Part shown: piece after piece, positions 12,411 to 25,329 of the stretch
How the letters are laid out: the number at the start of each line of letters is the position of its first letter
Position numbering within the stretch: the first letter of the stretch is position 1
Assembly (NCBI GenBank): GCA_000165425.1
Contig: CT868196.1
Span: 124,001-188,000, forward strand
From: Paramecium tetraurelia
Lineage: Eukaryota
Direction: 5' to 3'
Length of the DNA stretch: 64,000 nt
The notes under the pieces: model-generated
The model's database searches: none
What the model was told of the DNA's origin: nothing
The model's input: only the letters and a program-made list of their open reading frames with translations
Program-made: the position numbers and the translations under genes

Positions 12411-15400
12411 TCAATACTCTTGACCAGCTATGATGATCCTGACATGCCGATCAAATTGATCATCTAAGAATAACACCGATGTTGGAATTAACAAAATAAA
12501 TCGTCGAACTAGAAGCAACTCTTTCTACAATTTTGGTAACAGATAAAATACAAAGTACAGCATTAAAAGGATGGAATAAATCATATATATGATTGAAATA
12601 CTCTAAAAACAATAATAATAACTAATTACATTTGAGATGGTGATCTATTGATTGGTAACGTTCACCATTCCTGCCTTAAATTATTTACTCATGATTTGTG
12701 TAGCCCTCATTACGATCAATCCCCCTTCGTTCTCATACCAATTGTATTCGATTCTTTTTGTAAAATTATTCATCTCCATCTACACAGTTATAGTGGAATA
12801 GATGAATTTTAATGTCTATGTCAGCCCTTGATTCAAAGAACCTTGTAAAGATTTATCACAATATTGTGTTAGAAATCCTAACGTATCATCACCAATTGTT
12901 GTACAAACATCATTTTATTGAATTTGAAGAAAAAAATCCAAGAAATCTTAAGAAACTTGATACTTTGTTGAATCAAAAGTATAAGAGAACTCTAAGAATG
13001 TACTTATAGTGTCCAAACCCGTATACATAGTTACATAAAATTTCTCTCTATCAAAGTCTCTTAAATAGGGTAGATTAGGAAAATTAAGACCAAAATCTCT
13101 ATTCCTAAATAGTGTTCCTGCGTATAGGGTCATGTCTTATAACAATTTATAAGTATCAGCTGTGGCAGTGTATTTATCTAAGTAATCAGCTATTTATATG
13201 TTGGCCACTATACTCAAAGCTAAGAATACTAGCCAGCCAAAAATGATTAAGAAAAACCCAGAGAAAAAGGAGAGATTCTTTAATTATTGCTACACTTTGA
13301 TGTCTTTCGCTTTCAATTAATCATGATCGCTTTTCTGCTTTTCTTTTAATATATTATCTTCTTTATTATCAATAGAAAATTAATAATTATAAAGTGACTC
13401 TGTATTTTTATTCATAATCTTAATTATTGACTTTAACTTTTCAATTTCTAAATCCATTTTATACGAAGAGCAATATCTAAATAGATTTGTGTATTTATCA
13501 AATTTTAATCTATATATTCTATAATAGTAGATGCTGGATAACAAAGGACAGACTCCTATGAGTAAATAGATAATCCAAATTAGATTCCATTTATTACTAG
13601 TCTCAACACTCCTATTTTTTGAATAGGCTAACACTTCTAGGGTCAAATCCTCCAGCCAAAAATGGAAATTATAAACATTAGCAAATTAATAGATTTGATA
13701 GGTTTGATTAGCAGGACTTAGTCGAGATTCAAATCTTAATTTAAATTAATAGTAATATGACAAGGTTGCCATTAATGCCTCTCTAATGTTTTACACTATC
13801 CCGTATGTTTTTGTGGCATCATAAAGCATATAATATGCTGTTATATTCTTGTCTTTAAAAAAGGGAGTGAGATAATCATTGCTTAACCAATAGATAAACC
13901 CATCTTTGAATTCGTAATATCCTATTGCAATATTTTCATATAATGGATTGGATAACTAGTTGTATTACTCCTATGTGAGTTTACCTTAACCTAAAAATCC
14001 TTGATATGTAAATATAGTTTATCTCATTTGCAAATACAAATCGTGTGGATTCATAACACCGGCATGCAATTGAATCATATCAATTTCACCAATAAATCTA
14101 TTTAAATCATTTTAAACTCCAACCAGGATAATGAGAAAATAAGTTAGAGAGATAAAGTAGGTTAATTCTTAGAAGAGTATAAACAACTTTAAAGTATTAG
14201 GATATATTGGTTCTACAAGTTAGAGGATCATTTCGTATTTTTTATAGAATTGTGATTTCTTGATACCTTTGAGAACATTGTTCGATGATGACTCCTCTTC
14301 TCCTTACATTATTTTTTTCCGTTTCAAAATGTTCTACTCTACATTTTTTCTACTGGCTCTTCTATTATTATCATCATCAAATTCATCTTAATTATTAACT
14401 ATCTTAGAATCATTAACAGATATAGAAATGTCTTTTTGTTTATTAAAATAATCCTATTGATGGATTGACTATTAATTGTTAAATTACAAAGGGATTTACG
14501 ATGAATCTTGCCAAGGAGTATTACTAACATTCGGACTTAAAATATTGGGTTCTTGAAATGAAATGTAATCTGGTTATAATATTTATATCGGTTACGCATT
14601 CTATATTTTATTTATTTCTATTTCATCGCCTGAACGAATCATTTCATCATTTAGTTTTACTGAATTAACAGCTCTAAAGGCTTTTGGAGAATTAGCAACT
14701 GCTTCATTTTCAGATAAATCAGATAGTTCAAAAAAGTGTTCTAAACCTTCTAGTGCTTTATTCCTACTTGATTACCCTATAGACTTTTTTGAATTAAACT
14801 ATTGTTTTAAATCTTTGACTTCTATTATATAATAGTAATAACCATAAATTTCAAAGTACTAAATTATTAATTCTGCATCAAAAATGTAAAGCTTTTCTAA
14901 CTGTGACCAATTCGTAGAAGTCATGGATTATTGTCTTTTTTACTTTCTATCGTATTCATCCCGATTAAAGAATGCCTCTTTAACAAACCTTAATTCAGTT
15001 ATGGCACTCTAAATATTCGAATCAATTAGCTTTTTAAAACTTGGTATCAGTAAATCAATAGGTAAATAAAAGTCTTCAACAGAATTTATTTAATTTATCG
15101 TTTTTTCATTGAATCCCATCTTCTCAAAGAAGCTCTCTGTTAGACCGCCTACCAAATGATTAATGTCAACTAAGATATATGCTGATTAATTGACACTTTC
15201 AGAGAAAAATGCAGAAAATTTATAATGGCTTACACTATCAAAGTGGATATCAAAAATGAATTGACATGTTTTCATCAAAATATTCTAATAGCGAAAAAAT
15301 GTTTAATTAGAATTAAGATAGAATTTGGATTTACTTGTTTATATGAATCTCTGTACTAATAGACTATGTTCATTCTATATACCAATTGGTAAAATATATT

Positions 15401-17513
15401 CAACATTAGAGAATTATTTTGTATCGTCAGAGTGTATTTAGAAAAACCGTAAAGCATTTTCCGACCTACGCTAAATAGACAACGTTTAGTTGTCCTCCAA
15501 GGTTATGTTTAAATAAACAACCTTTTTAGTAAAAAAAGTTGACCTTATGTTAGAGTCCATGTTAATTAATTATTCATCAGGCATTGATGTTAGAGCTTTA
15601 TATTTAAAGGCCTCAATGAAATTGTTTAAGATTTCTGCTTGATAGAATGTTAAAATTGATTAAATTTTTCTACTTGGGAATGACTAGTATCTCTGAAATA
15701 GTTTGTTCTCCACTTTTAATTACAAATTGCTGATATCTTTTGCTAAATTGAAAATCTTATCCGAATCTAGAATTTTCTTATTTGTAAACTAGGAAAGGAA
15801 TTTAATTTTTTCATTTATCAACATCAATAGAGTGTTTTTCAAATTCTAATTTCTCTTTTCATTTTTTAAAAACAATTCAACCCCAAGTTAAACATCATTA
15901 ATTTAGGTTTTCATCTTATTATTTTCAAAGAACCTCACTTAAATTTCAGCTTTTATTTAGTTTTTTAACAATAGGGCACGTGAAGTTTCAATCTAAGAAA
16001 GCTAATGCTTACCTTAAATTAATAACTTACTCCTCTATTAATTATTTTTCCTCGCAATATCATTAACATCATCAGAATTAGATTTTATAGATTTGCTAGA
16101 TATGGTTTGATGATGCATTTATCTACTTGAACTATCTTACCCTTTGCTATAATTTTCACTATCAATCAAGAAGCCTTTACTTTTTGATTAGTTTAAAAAA
16201 GAATTCAATAGGTTATTGATTTAATTTAAGGCTAGATTTGTTAAGCCATATTTATAGAGTAAAGCGATATAATGTAAGTCATAGCCTTTATTCTTTTAAA
16301 TAACCTTGGCATATTGTTTCATTTTCTTAGTCACAAATTATTCCATGCTTTATGGAGATAAAAAATTAGTATCATAGTTAGAAAAATGAGCTAATTCTTC
16401 AACTTACTCTTATTATTTAACTAAACCATTAGTAATCACAGCATTGAGAATTCTCTTTTGAGTTTAATTAAAATGTTCATTAATTAATTTTGTGAAGAAA
16501 TATTTCAAAGGAAGTTGCTATTTAATTGACATAATGTTATTACAGAGTACTTTTTCTTGGTATGTATAAATTTCTATTAAAACCTTTGATACAACTAAAA
16601 ATAACAATAATATAATCGAGTTAGCATTTTAACTGAAATTACTTTCGTTTATATTATATATAAGATATAATATTGATTATGTTAAACCAAATGATGATAT
16701 AATTAGAATTAAATTGATTATGGTATTGTTTGTGTACTAAAACTAAAAAATTTATAATATCTTGATTAATGAAATTGTTATTATTAAGATACATTATAAA
16801 ATCTAAGCATTATACGATTCAGCGATAACACCATATACTATAATTTATAATGTGAAAAGAATTAATTAAACATAATCTAAAAATGTTTAATTTAATTTTT
16901 GAAATCTATCTTTTTTTAAATCTATTGTTTCTTTGCATAATATGGATAAAATAATTCCGAATAGAAATAAAAGTCCAAAAGTCAAGCAAATGAAAAATAT
17001 ATTAGTGTAATTTGCGGCATTTGGCGTATCTATATTAATTAATAGAGAATCCACGCAAAATATTGAAAAAGGAACAAACATTGTGATTATAAATATCTGG
17101 CAATAAATTGAACTCAATGCAAAAAATAGTTTTAGCAAAGTATATTGAAAAACTTATTGCTTATGTTTAATAGTAATTAGTAAAACTATTGGCATCACAA
17201 ATAAAAGTAATTGTGTCATTAATGCAATCAAGTAAAATGTTTAAGACTTCCCAAATTAAAAGTAAGTCAACTAATCTATTCTTGTAAAATAAATAGCAAA
17301 AGCTTAAAAATTAATAGATTTGTCATAAAATCCTATTTAGTGAGACTTGATATTAGGTACCCATAGAAAAGTTAAGTATTGAATTTCTCCCAATATGATA
17401 ACAATATATTATTAATACTCCTTGCAACTTGAAAAATAATATAACTAAAGTATCCTTTCATAAAATATCATCTTTATATTTATACTCTTAGTTTAGCTTT
17501 CTTTCGTAATCAT
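12411..17513 (-). CDS. Large multi-pass membrane protein with PAS-like domain (TmcB/TmcC-like ciliate family), ~1700 aa
   Basis: FPSRKIQSILTFYQAEILNNFIEAF motif; PAS-like VEYILPIGIQNEHSLLVQRFIQTSKSKFY; ends RRFILLIPTSVLFLDDQFDRHVRIIIAGQEY*. Alternative start at 17471. Confidence 0.8.
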
Positions 17514-17688
17514 CTGCTCCAATAATTTGAATTTTTCTTAGTCTTTAATAATAATAAAAAAAAGAGCACTTAAAATTGGATAAATCAATTTAAGATAGGT
17601 TTCAACCTTCTCAAAGGTAATACTAACTTCACATTTAATATTAATATCAAGATGATTCAATAATAAAAGCAATATATATATAGATTAA

Positions 17689-17988
17689 TCACTTTTTCAT
17701 TCTTTTATTCATAATTCCTTATATTTTATCCTATAAGGAAGGAGCAGGGCTTTTTGCTTGCCTTTCTGGAACTCTATCCGTCTCTGTGTTGTTTTATTTC
17801 AGTTTAGTGAGATCAGCATTTATTTTATTTACATACATCAATGTTTTGATTTGTTTGAGGATGTCACTTAATTATTAGGATGTTTATTGAAAAGATTCCA
17901 GAATCTAGTCATCATTCTTCGAGATATTATGTAATTCAACTAAGTGTTTATCAATTTGAATAAGTCCTTGAGTATATTGTTATTACAT
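17689..17988 (-). CDS. Small hypothetical protein (99 aa)
   Basis: Intronless code-6 ORF MQQQYTQGLIQIDKHLVELHNISKNDDQILESF...MNKRMKK*. Confidence 0.6.
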
Positions 17989-18029
17989 TATAATAAATTA
18001 TTGAAAATTATCGTTATATTTAATTTTGA

Positions 18030-19377
18030 ATGATCAGAACCAACTCTACTCAAAAAACAAAATAGGTAGTGCTTTCAAACGGATAAGTTTAATCACTGAG
18101 TCCATTTAATAGTGCAATCAGATTAAGCAGTCATTATTAAGAAGCACCAAGCACACCGCAGAGATAAATAGTTTCTTAAAATGCATTGAGAGTGATAGTT
18201 AATAATCATTAAGCAGAAGTTAGATAATCTAATGCTTTTACACCAAATGGCAAACAATAATAAGCAGGAAAGACCTATTAAGAGAATAGATCAGTGATAG
18301 TTCAAGATAACACACGAATGCAATAATTAATAAATGATAACATGTACTTATCCTAAGCATTGGAACAAACGAAAAATGAATTAAAATAGTATCAACAATC
18401 GACACATGAATCTCAATAGTTAGATTTCATTAAGGTGAAAATAGAGAGTCTCGAAAAGGTGATAGATGATTAAGCTTTGGAAATTGAATAGTGGAAATAG
18501 AGATATCAAAAGGTTTGTACACAGGATCCTTAGGATTCGATGCTACAAATGGAATCTTAGATTATGTTAGTAATTTAAGAGAATGAAAGATTGAACATTT
18601 TAGTAAAAAATATTTAGGATTCAACAGACAAAAAGGATTAATTAATTTCACAATAGGATTAGGAGATTAAAAAGCTTAAAGAAAAAATTAAAGTATCAGA
18701 TAAAACAATATAGAGTTAAAAAGAGGGTAAATTTTAATAATTATTTTAATTAGAGATAAAATAATGGCATGATAACTTTGCAGAATTCGAAAAAAATTCA
18801 AAGTAGTAAGTAAGTCATGAATCTGAATTATTGAAAAGCAAAATGAAAATATAAGAACTTGAATTTTAATTACATAAAAAGAAGGTCAGTGAGAATAATA
18901 ATGGATAGAAATTGAGTTAAAGGAAATTTGATGAAAATCCAGAATTAGAGCTAAAATTAAGATAACTACTAGAAGAGAATAATAAATTGACTCTTTTGAT
19001 CGAAAGTTTGTAAACTGAAAATACAAAATTAAAATCAACAAAGTAGAGTAGATCAACTAGTTGTTTTTAGTCAAATAGTCAATTATCTTAAGGAGTTCTC
19101 GAATAAATTAAATAAGTAATTGTATATATCGATAGTTTAGGAATTATTTAATTAATAGTTATTTAGTACTGAAGAGTTTAAGAAACTTAAAGTAATCTAT
19201 CAACAGAATGAAAATTTGAGAAATCAGTTAGATAATGCTAATGAATAAATTTCAATTTTGAAAAAAACTCTTTAATATTATGAGGATGAATAAAATGTAC
19301 CTTCTGATTAGCTCTTCGATGAATTCTTATAAAGCTAAAGTCATTGTTTAAACATGATATAACAATTATAATAATGA
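18030..19377 (+). CDS. Hypothetical coiled-coil protein
   Basis: Starts MIRTNSTQKTKQVVL; E/Q/K heptad-rich; short introns (e.g. ~18727-18752); ends ...NMIQQLQQ*. Confidence 0.7.
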
Positions 19378-19465
19378 TTTAACCAATTTAACTCTATTAT
19401 TATATTATTCTAATTAAAAGTGCTTAGGGTGTGAATTATTATATATTTTTTTATAAAGAATCCAT

Positions 19466-19804
19466 ATGAATTTTAAAGAAGAACGAATTCTTGAATATCT
19501 CAACAATTTACAACTCTAAATTACTGATCCAACCTAGAAATAGCAGGATTACTATGAATCAAAAAAGCACAAAATTATTAACTTAGATCATAAACACTGT
19601 GACAGCGATCCTTCATCCCCCTTTTCGCTTAGAGAGATACATAGCCCTGTATCTCTCTTTCATGCTTACAGTGTTTAATCGTGCGATATTAATAGTCATC
19701 ATAATTATAATCATCACAATAATCAATAGATTCATCATGCTCATCATTCATTCAGATTGCACTTGAATATACATTCAGGTACTGAAAAGAAAGTAGAAAT
19801 TTGA
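19466..19804 (+). CDS. Small His-rich hypothetical protein (112 aa)
   Basis: MNFKEERILEYLNNLQLQ...SHHNYNHHNNQQIHHAHHSFRLHLNIHSGTEKKVEI*. Confidence 0.6.
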
Positions 19805-20242
19805 TTTCGAATTCGAATGGATTTAACAATGAATAAATTATTTTGTATTATCTTTATAATTCAAATTCATCTCTTATCTGCATTCACATCTAAATGAAAT
19901 ATGAATAAAAGAAAACTGGACAACTTATTAGGAGTACACTATTGATGTATATTTTAAATATTAAAATATCAAACTTCGTTTATTTTATACTCTTTATAAA
20001 AGTGAGAATTATTTATTAATTTATGTATTTTGGCAAGTACAATTCTACATTTAATATTGCATTATTCATGTATTATAAATATATCCTTTTACAATGCATT
20101 TCTAAGTGACTAGGTGGATCTACAATTAGCCATTAGATATAGTCATAATTAATAATAGAAAATTTAAATTAAAAAAAAGTAAATTATTATTATATTTTAT
20201 AATTATTTATAAACTATTATTATAAATAAAATATCAAAACTT

Positions 20243-20859
20243 ATGTGGGAATATTTATTAGCTATTGGTTCTTGCCTTTTGATTCTCATTTTCATTAAAT
20301 TTTCCTTATTCAGAGTAATTTATTTAATTTAATTAGGTGTTCAAAGAAAAGAAAATAGAATACTACAGTGACCCTGATGAAATGGCTATTGAATTATATT
20401 CAAATATGCTGAAATATGATACAAAACATTAACTTGCTAAAATGATGAATAAGATTTATGTATTAATATTAAGAGATGTTTAAATCATACTATATTAATG
20501 TAAATTTATTTGCTAAGCAAATAGTTAAATTGGGTTAGAATGATACTACTTTACCAATTATTTCAGAGAGATTACGAAATACTTCTAAAGTAATAGCTCT
20601 TCTGAAACTCATGTATCCAAATGAGATACCTGAAAAATTTGAAATGATAGGAGAAAAAATTTATGAGGTAATTGTTACAATTGAATAGAATTTTACTATA
20701 TTTAAGATATTAATTTAATGGTGTGAATAAAATTAAATTAAAATGAAAGACTCTAAAAGAGGTAAGAATAGTTAGTTAGACATTAATTTAATTAATTCAA
20801 TAAGAGCATATTCGGAATATATTAACAATGAACTTGGAATTTACTTTAAACCAAAGTGA
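20243..20859 (+). CDS. Hypothetical protein with N-terminal signal anchor
   Basis: Starts MWEYLLAIGSCLLILIFIKFSLFR, then several short GT-AG introns; ends ...LGIYFKPK*. Confidence 0.6.
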
Positions 20860-20912
20860 AGGATAATGATTATAAATTATAATATTCAAAATTTTAATGT
20901 TGGTTTCCAATA

Positions 20913-22033
20913 TCAATACACTTTATGATTGATAGGTCTAAAGTCAGCGAATTTCTTTTGTAGATCGGTGATGTCAGATTATTAGATATTTCTATATGAT
21001 CAAAATTAATTTACCCAAAATTCATATTGTTTTAATCGTTTCTTTTATTGTTTTGGTTATTGTGGACCAAGAAGTTTTTTAGGTAACATATGGACTCTTC
21101 ATTTCTCTTAGTAATTTATTCTAATTGTTCAATCTTCTTGAGTTATTTAGAGCCATACTAAATTGTATAAATGTAGTATAACATACTTCTTATTATTATT
21201 TGTTCTCATAAATAAATTCCTTAAGTTGATCTTGAATATTTCTATTGGCATCATCCAGTTAATCTTGTCTCAATTTGATGGTGCTGATTTCTTTTTCAAT
21301 TTTTTTCATTTTGACTTCCATGTTTCTATAGGAATCACAAGTGTCAGAATTCGAGTTCTTCTTATTTTGAGTCTTACCTGATAAGATTATTAAAAAGAGA
21401 AAATAGAAAAGTTACTTTTAAGAGTCTCAGCCCCACATATGTCATTTGGGGTAGAATCATTGGGTTGTTTTTGATTGGTTGGTTTGTTACTATAAGAAGG
21501 ACCTCTTTTTCGGTCAGGAGTAACATTTTGTTTAAGTGTTTAGCCTTATTAGTATTACAGATAATTTGATCCTTGTTTTTTTAAAGTACTTTTGTAAAAC
21601 TCATTTGACTTTGTGTTGAAGATTTTTTGTAAGTTGCTTCATTTGTAGAGTTGAATGGTTTTTTGGATTGAAGTTCCTTGGTATTAGATCCAGATTTGAC
21701 AATCTATTAGATCTGGTTGATTAGAGTAGAACAAGATGATAGATTTTTGAAATTTTCTTTGTCTTATTATTGAGTGGGTTTCACATTGGACATATTCAAA
21801 TCTTTGATCATTTGGGAATGCTACTTAGATGATTCAGTCGTTTGTTCAACAGAAGATATGAGATCATTTTATTCTGGAATTTGAAACAAAGTAGATCCTA
21901 GATTGATTCTTTTGGGATCAATTTTCTATTGTTGGTATTCATCCTCAACTAAGCCAGCTATCCTCGCACATATAACTTGTTGAAAATCATTATTAGATTA
22001 TGCTCTTCTATGAATTGTATTATTATAGTTCAT
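20913..22033 (-). CDS. Hypothetical protein with C-terminal coiled coil
   Basis: Starts MNYNNTIHRRAQSNNDFQQVICARIAG; ends SDITDLQKKFADFRPINHKVY*; short introns. Confidence 0.65.
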
Positions 22034-22334
22034 TCAAATTTAAAATGTTAATTATTAAATAAATAATAATAAAATTTATTTTCTTACAGCTATTCCTAAA
22101 GGTTGATAAAGTGACTTAATTATAATCAAAATTTTGAAAGATTAATACAAATCGAAGTTAACCTCATTGACAGGAATCAATGGATATCTCTATTTGGCTT
22201 GCATATCTCAAAAGATATTTTAAGATATTTTAGGTTGTTTTAGTGAATAGAGAGATAGTCCCCAAGGTGATTAAATAAAAGAGATTTAAATTAATAAATA
22301 TTGATAGGTTATTTCAGGCTGTTTGATTGTTTTA

Positions 22335-22769
22335 TCAATTTTATATCCTTTCCTCTTTATTTATGCAATTTTATTTATTTTATTTTTTTCCATTTTCACA
22401 TTTTTTGCAATGACATTATTCACCACATGATCTGCCTTTGATAAAACATTCACAATAGTTAAGTTTGCATTTACTTTTCTTACAGCAACAGCCTTAACCC
22501 TTATCACCTGACAATTTTTATTTATAATCATCTTTATACTTATGAATTATCTTCCCAATAGCTTTATTTCTTTCGAGATAATCATTTAAACTATTTTTAC
22601 AACCATTACAACCACATGATTATCCGCAGCATTTTCCATCATGAAAGCATTAACAGTATAATTTTAGACATTTCGTTTTTTAACATTAACATCCTTCTTT
22701 AGTCTCCTCACTATCATTCCCTTGTATTTATAATTTTGGAGGAACAATAAACATAATCTTCTTTTTCAT
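22335..22769 (-). CDS. Tesmin/TSO1/LIN54-like CRC (CXC) domain protein, 144 aa
   Basis: Two CXC motifs: GCQCQKTKCLKLYCQCFHDGKCCGQSCGCNGCKN and GCCCKKSKCKLNYCECFIKGRSCGEQCHCKKCEN. Confidence 0.9.
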
Positions 22770-22827
22770 TAAGGATGTTATTAGATATAAATTACCAAAA
22801 ATTTGATTATTTTATTAATAAAATAAA

Positions 22828-23442
22828 ATGACAAGTTATGTACCGGTGTACAATTCAGATGAAGGTTCTACTAATTAACCTAAAATTATCAAATAGTTAG
22901 ACATTTATGATAAACTTGAATAATGGGGGGAATGGCTATGGCTGAAATTTTAGGCTTTGCTCTGGATTTCAGCAGCGGTGTCTATAATTTATTATTCAAA
23001 CTTTTTTAAATAATTGTTTCATAATGAAAATATCAATGAGTAATCAAAACAATCAAATTAGACTTTTTTTTACATAAGCATTATTATTTATTGGCATGAG
23101 CATTAGTTTATCATTATATGTTGCATTTTATTTACCATTTATAAAGGGTGTAACTGAGAACATCGAAAAATACAACCCAAAAGCAATATAATTGGGAGCT
23201 TTTGCTGGGTTTATGAGTTTCATAACGTATATAAATGTAATCTCATTTTTAGACTAACAATTGCAATTTGGCCTATATTTGGATGGTGGAGTTTTCCTAT
23301 GTTAATTGCAATGTTTCTGGGTTTCATTAATACAAGCCACTTTTTACCTAATCATTAAGTAAGCGGTTTGCTTTTTGGAGCTATTTTCATAGGTGCATTT
23401 TTCTCACATTACTACATAGATCATGATGGTTTTATGCATTGA
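22828..23442 (+). CDS. TMEM128: TMEM128-like 4-TM membrane protein
   Basis: FQALLWISAAVSIIYYSNFF...SLYVAFYLPF...KYNPKAIQLGAFAG...IAIWPIFGWWSFPMLIAMFLGF; two short introns. Confidence 0.7.
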
Positions 23443-23468
23443 GTATAATTTTAAATATATAATCAAAA

Positions 23469-25090
23469 TCACATTTGTGTTGAACTTTAATCAGATTGAT
23501 GACTTTTAATTAATTGTTACACAAAAGTAATTTATTCATCTGTAATTTCTTAGTTTTAGAGATTATCTTGCAATTAAGAATGTTTTTTCATTATTTTCCT
23601 TACGCTTTTCTTCTTTCTCCACCTTTTGATAGGGTATCTAAACTACTCAATCCATAAGCACAGCGAGGATTTATGATGATGAAGTGAATTGTGGATTAAT
23701 TTGTTAAATGAAGTCTATAATTATTCTATTAATGTATTTGTTGTGGATTTCTTAAAGAATTTCAGTTGTGGTTTCTTTTATAATTTATATTGCATTTAAA
23801 CACTCTCCTTGAAGACATATTGAGAAGTTTGATTGATTATTTTAATGATTGGGTTAAACAACACGATTATGATGATGCTCGTAATCAAAGCAGAGGAAAA
23901 CATGTATCCAAAGAAGCCAAGTATTGTTCCCAAGAAGATAGATGACATTCCACTTTAGAAGGTGTCAAACATCTACTTAAATTATTTCTGATACTATGAT
24001 AATTTGCTCTATCTAAATTAATATCATTAATAATTTACATGATCAAAACCAAACCTTCATTTTCCATAATCTTGGCATTTATAAGTTCTTCCTCTGTAGA
24101 ATTGTGTATCTTTCTGCATAAATAACCAAAATCATTCCAAACCTTTGAATCACAATTGCTGATAGTATCACGTTTATTTGCTTAATTAATTATTTATTAA
24201 TAATCTTAATAATCTAAATGTGTTAAATTGTAATCATATATGTAAGAAGTTTCTGAAATATTTAATTCGCTAAGCAAAATTCTACCGTCAGGATATATTA
24301 TAGTGAAACTTACTTCGCTATCTTAATATTTGAATTAAGTGAAGTTTACATGAGATGCTATCACTCCATCCAATGATCCATCAATATCCAGTAAACTTGT
24401 GGTCTATGCAATCATCAACAATTTCCAAGTCCAGTGGATATGAGGCTCACAAAAATAAGTACGACTTTTATTATTTTTAGACGATTGTTCTAAATGATTG
24501 GTGTACCAAATTCGTTTTTGAGGATTGTAATCAAAACCCAAATAAGAGCCTGGCCAAACAGTAAAAAAGTGAACATCCTCCGTTGATGCAAACATAATAT
24601 CAAAATCTTGATCGAGCATTAAAACTGTTTCACTCAAAATACTGCATAGATCTTTAAGTTTTTAATACATCTCTCCTTGATCATCATTACTGTATACTAG
24701 ATAACAAAAGGAAGCGCTATAGGCGTATTGATCCATGAAATATTAATCGTTTAAACACGGATAAGGTTTTGATAAGTTGGCCTAATGAAATTACTGAGTT
24801 AATTGATATAATTTATCCACTCTTAGTATTTGCTGTTAACTTCTAAATAGGGTTTATTAAACTCTTTAGATGTGATGAGACATTATTGTTTTTGTCCATT
24901 TACCAAATTGTTTCTAAAAGGCTTGCTACGATGATGACATTTATTTGTCCGATATATAAAACAGAAAAGTTAATGTTGACAGAATAATTAATATGATTGC
25001 TATCGTGGTAAAGATGAATTGTATCATGCATACTTATGTACGTAGTTACCAATTCCTCCAAAATCGGCACTTTGTTGTATTAATAATCAT
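23469..25090 (-). CDS. Two-TM receptor-like protein with extracellular dCache-type domain and short cytoplasmic tail
   Basis: N-terminal TM after RFWRNWQLRTQ; Cache signature FDYNPQKRIWY...EPH...LDGVIASH; second TM SIFLGTILGFFGYMFSSALITSIIIIVLFNPI; one intron ~24013-24038. Confidence 0.75.
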
Positions 25091-25329
25091 TATTTTAAAA
25101 AATGCTTCATTATTTCAAAATTAACTTAGTTTGATACTAAGTATAATTGTAAGGAATAGATACTTTGTATAAAATTATTGAGTAAAATAAAATTAGTCTG
25201 ATTATAGGAATAGCATCTTTACTCAGCAAATATAGCATGAAGAATATTTTATAATAATATTTGTAATTCTTATATAAAAATACTTTATATTTACACAACT
25301 TTAAATAAGAATAGTGGATACAATAGTTA

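Noticed and set aside
12812..13009. Plus-strand ORFs of the track lying inside minus-strand genes (also 21163, 26829, 29639, 30908, 48610, 50464, 58090, 59109, 59514)
   Set aside because: Antisense shadows of well-supported code-6 genes.
23850..23975. Cys-containing alternative frame initially suggesting a separate small zinc-binding protein
   Set aside because: That frame closes quickly; the open frame is the second TM helix of the dCache protein.
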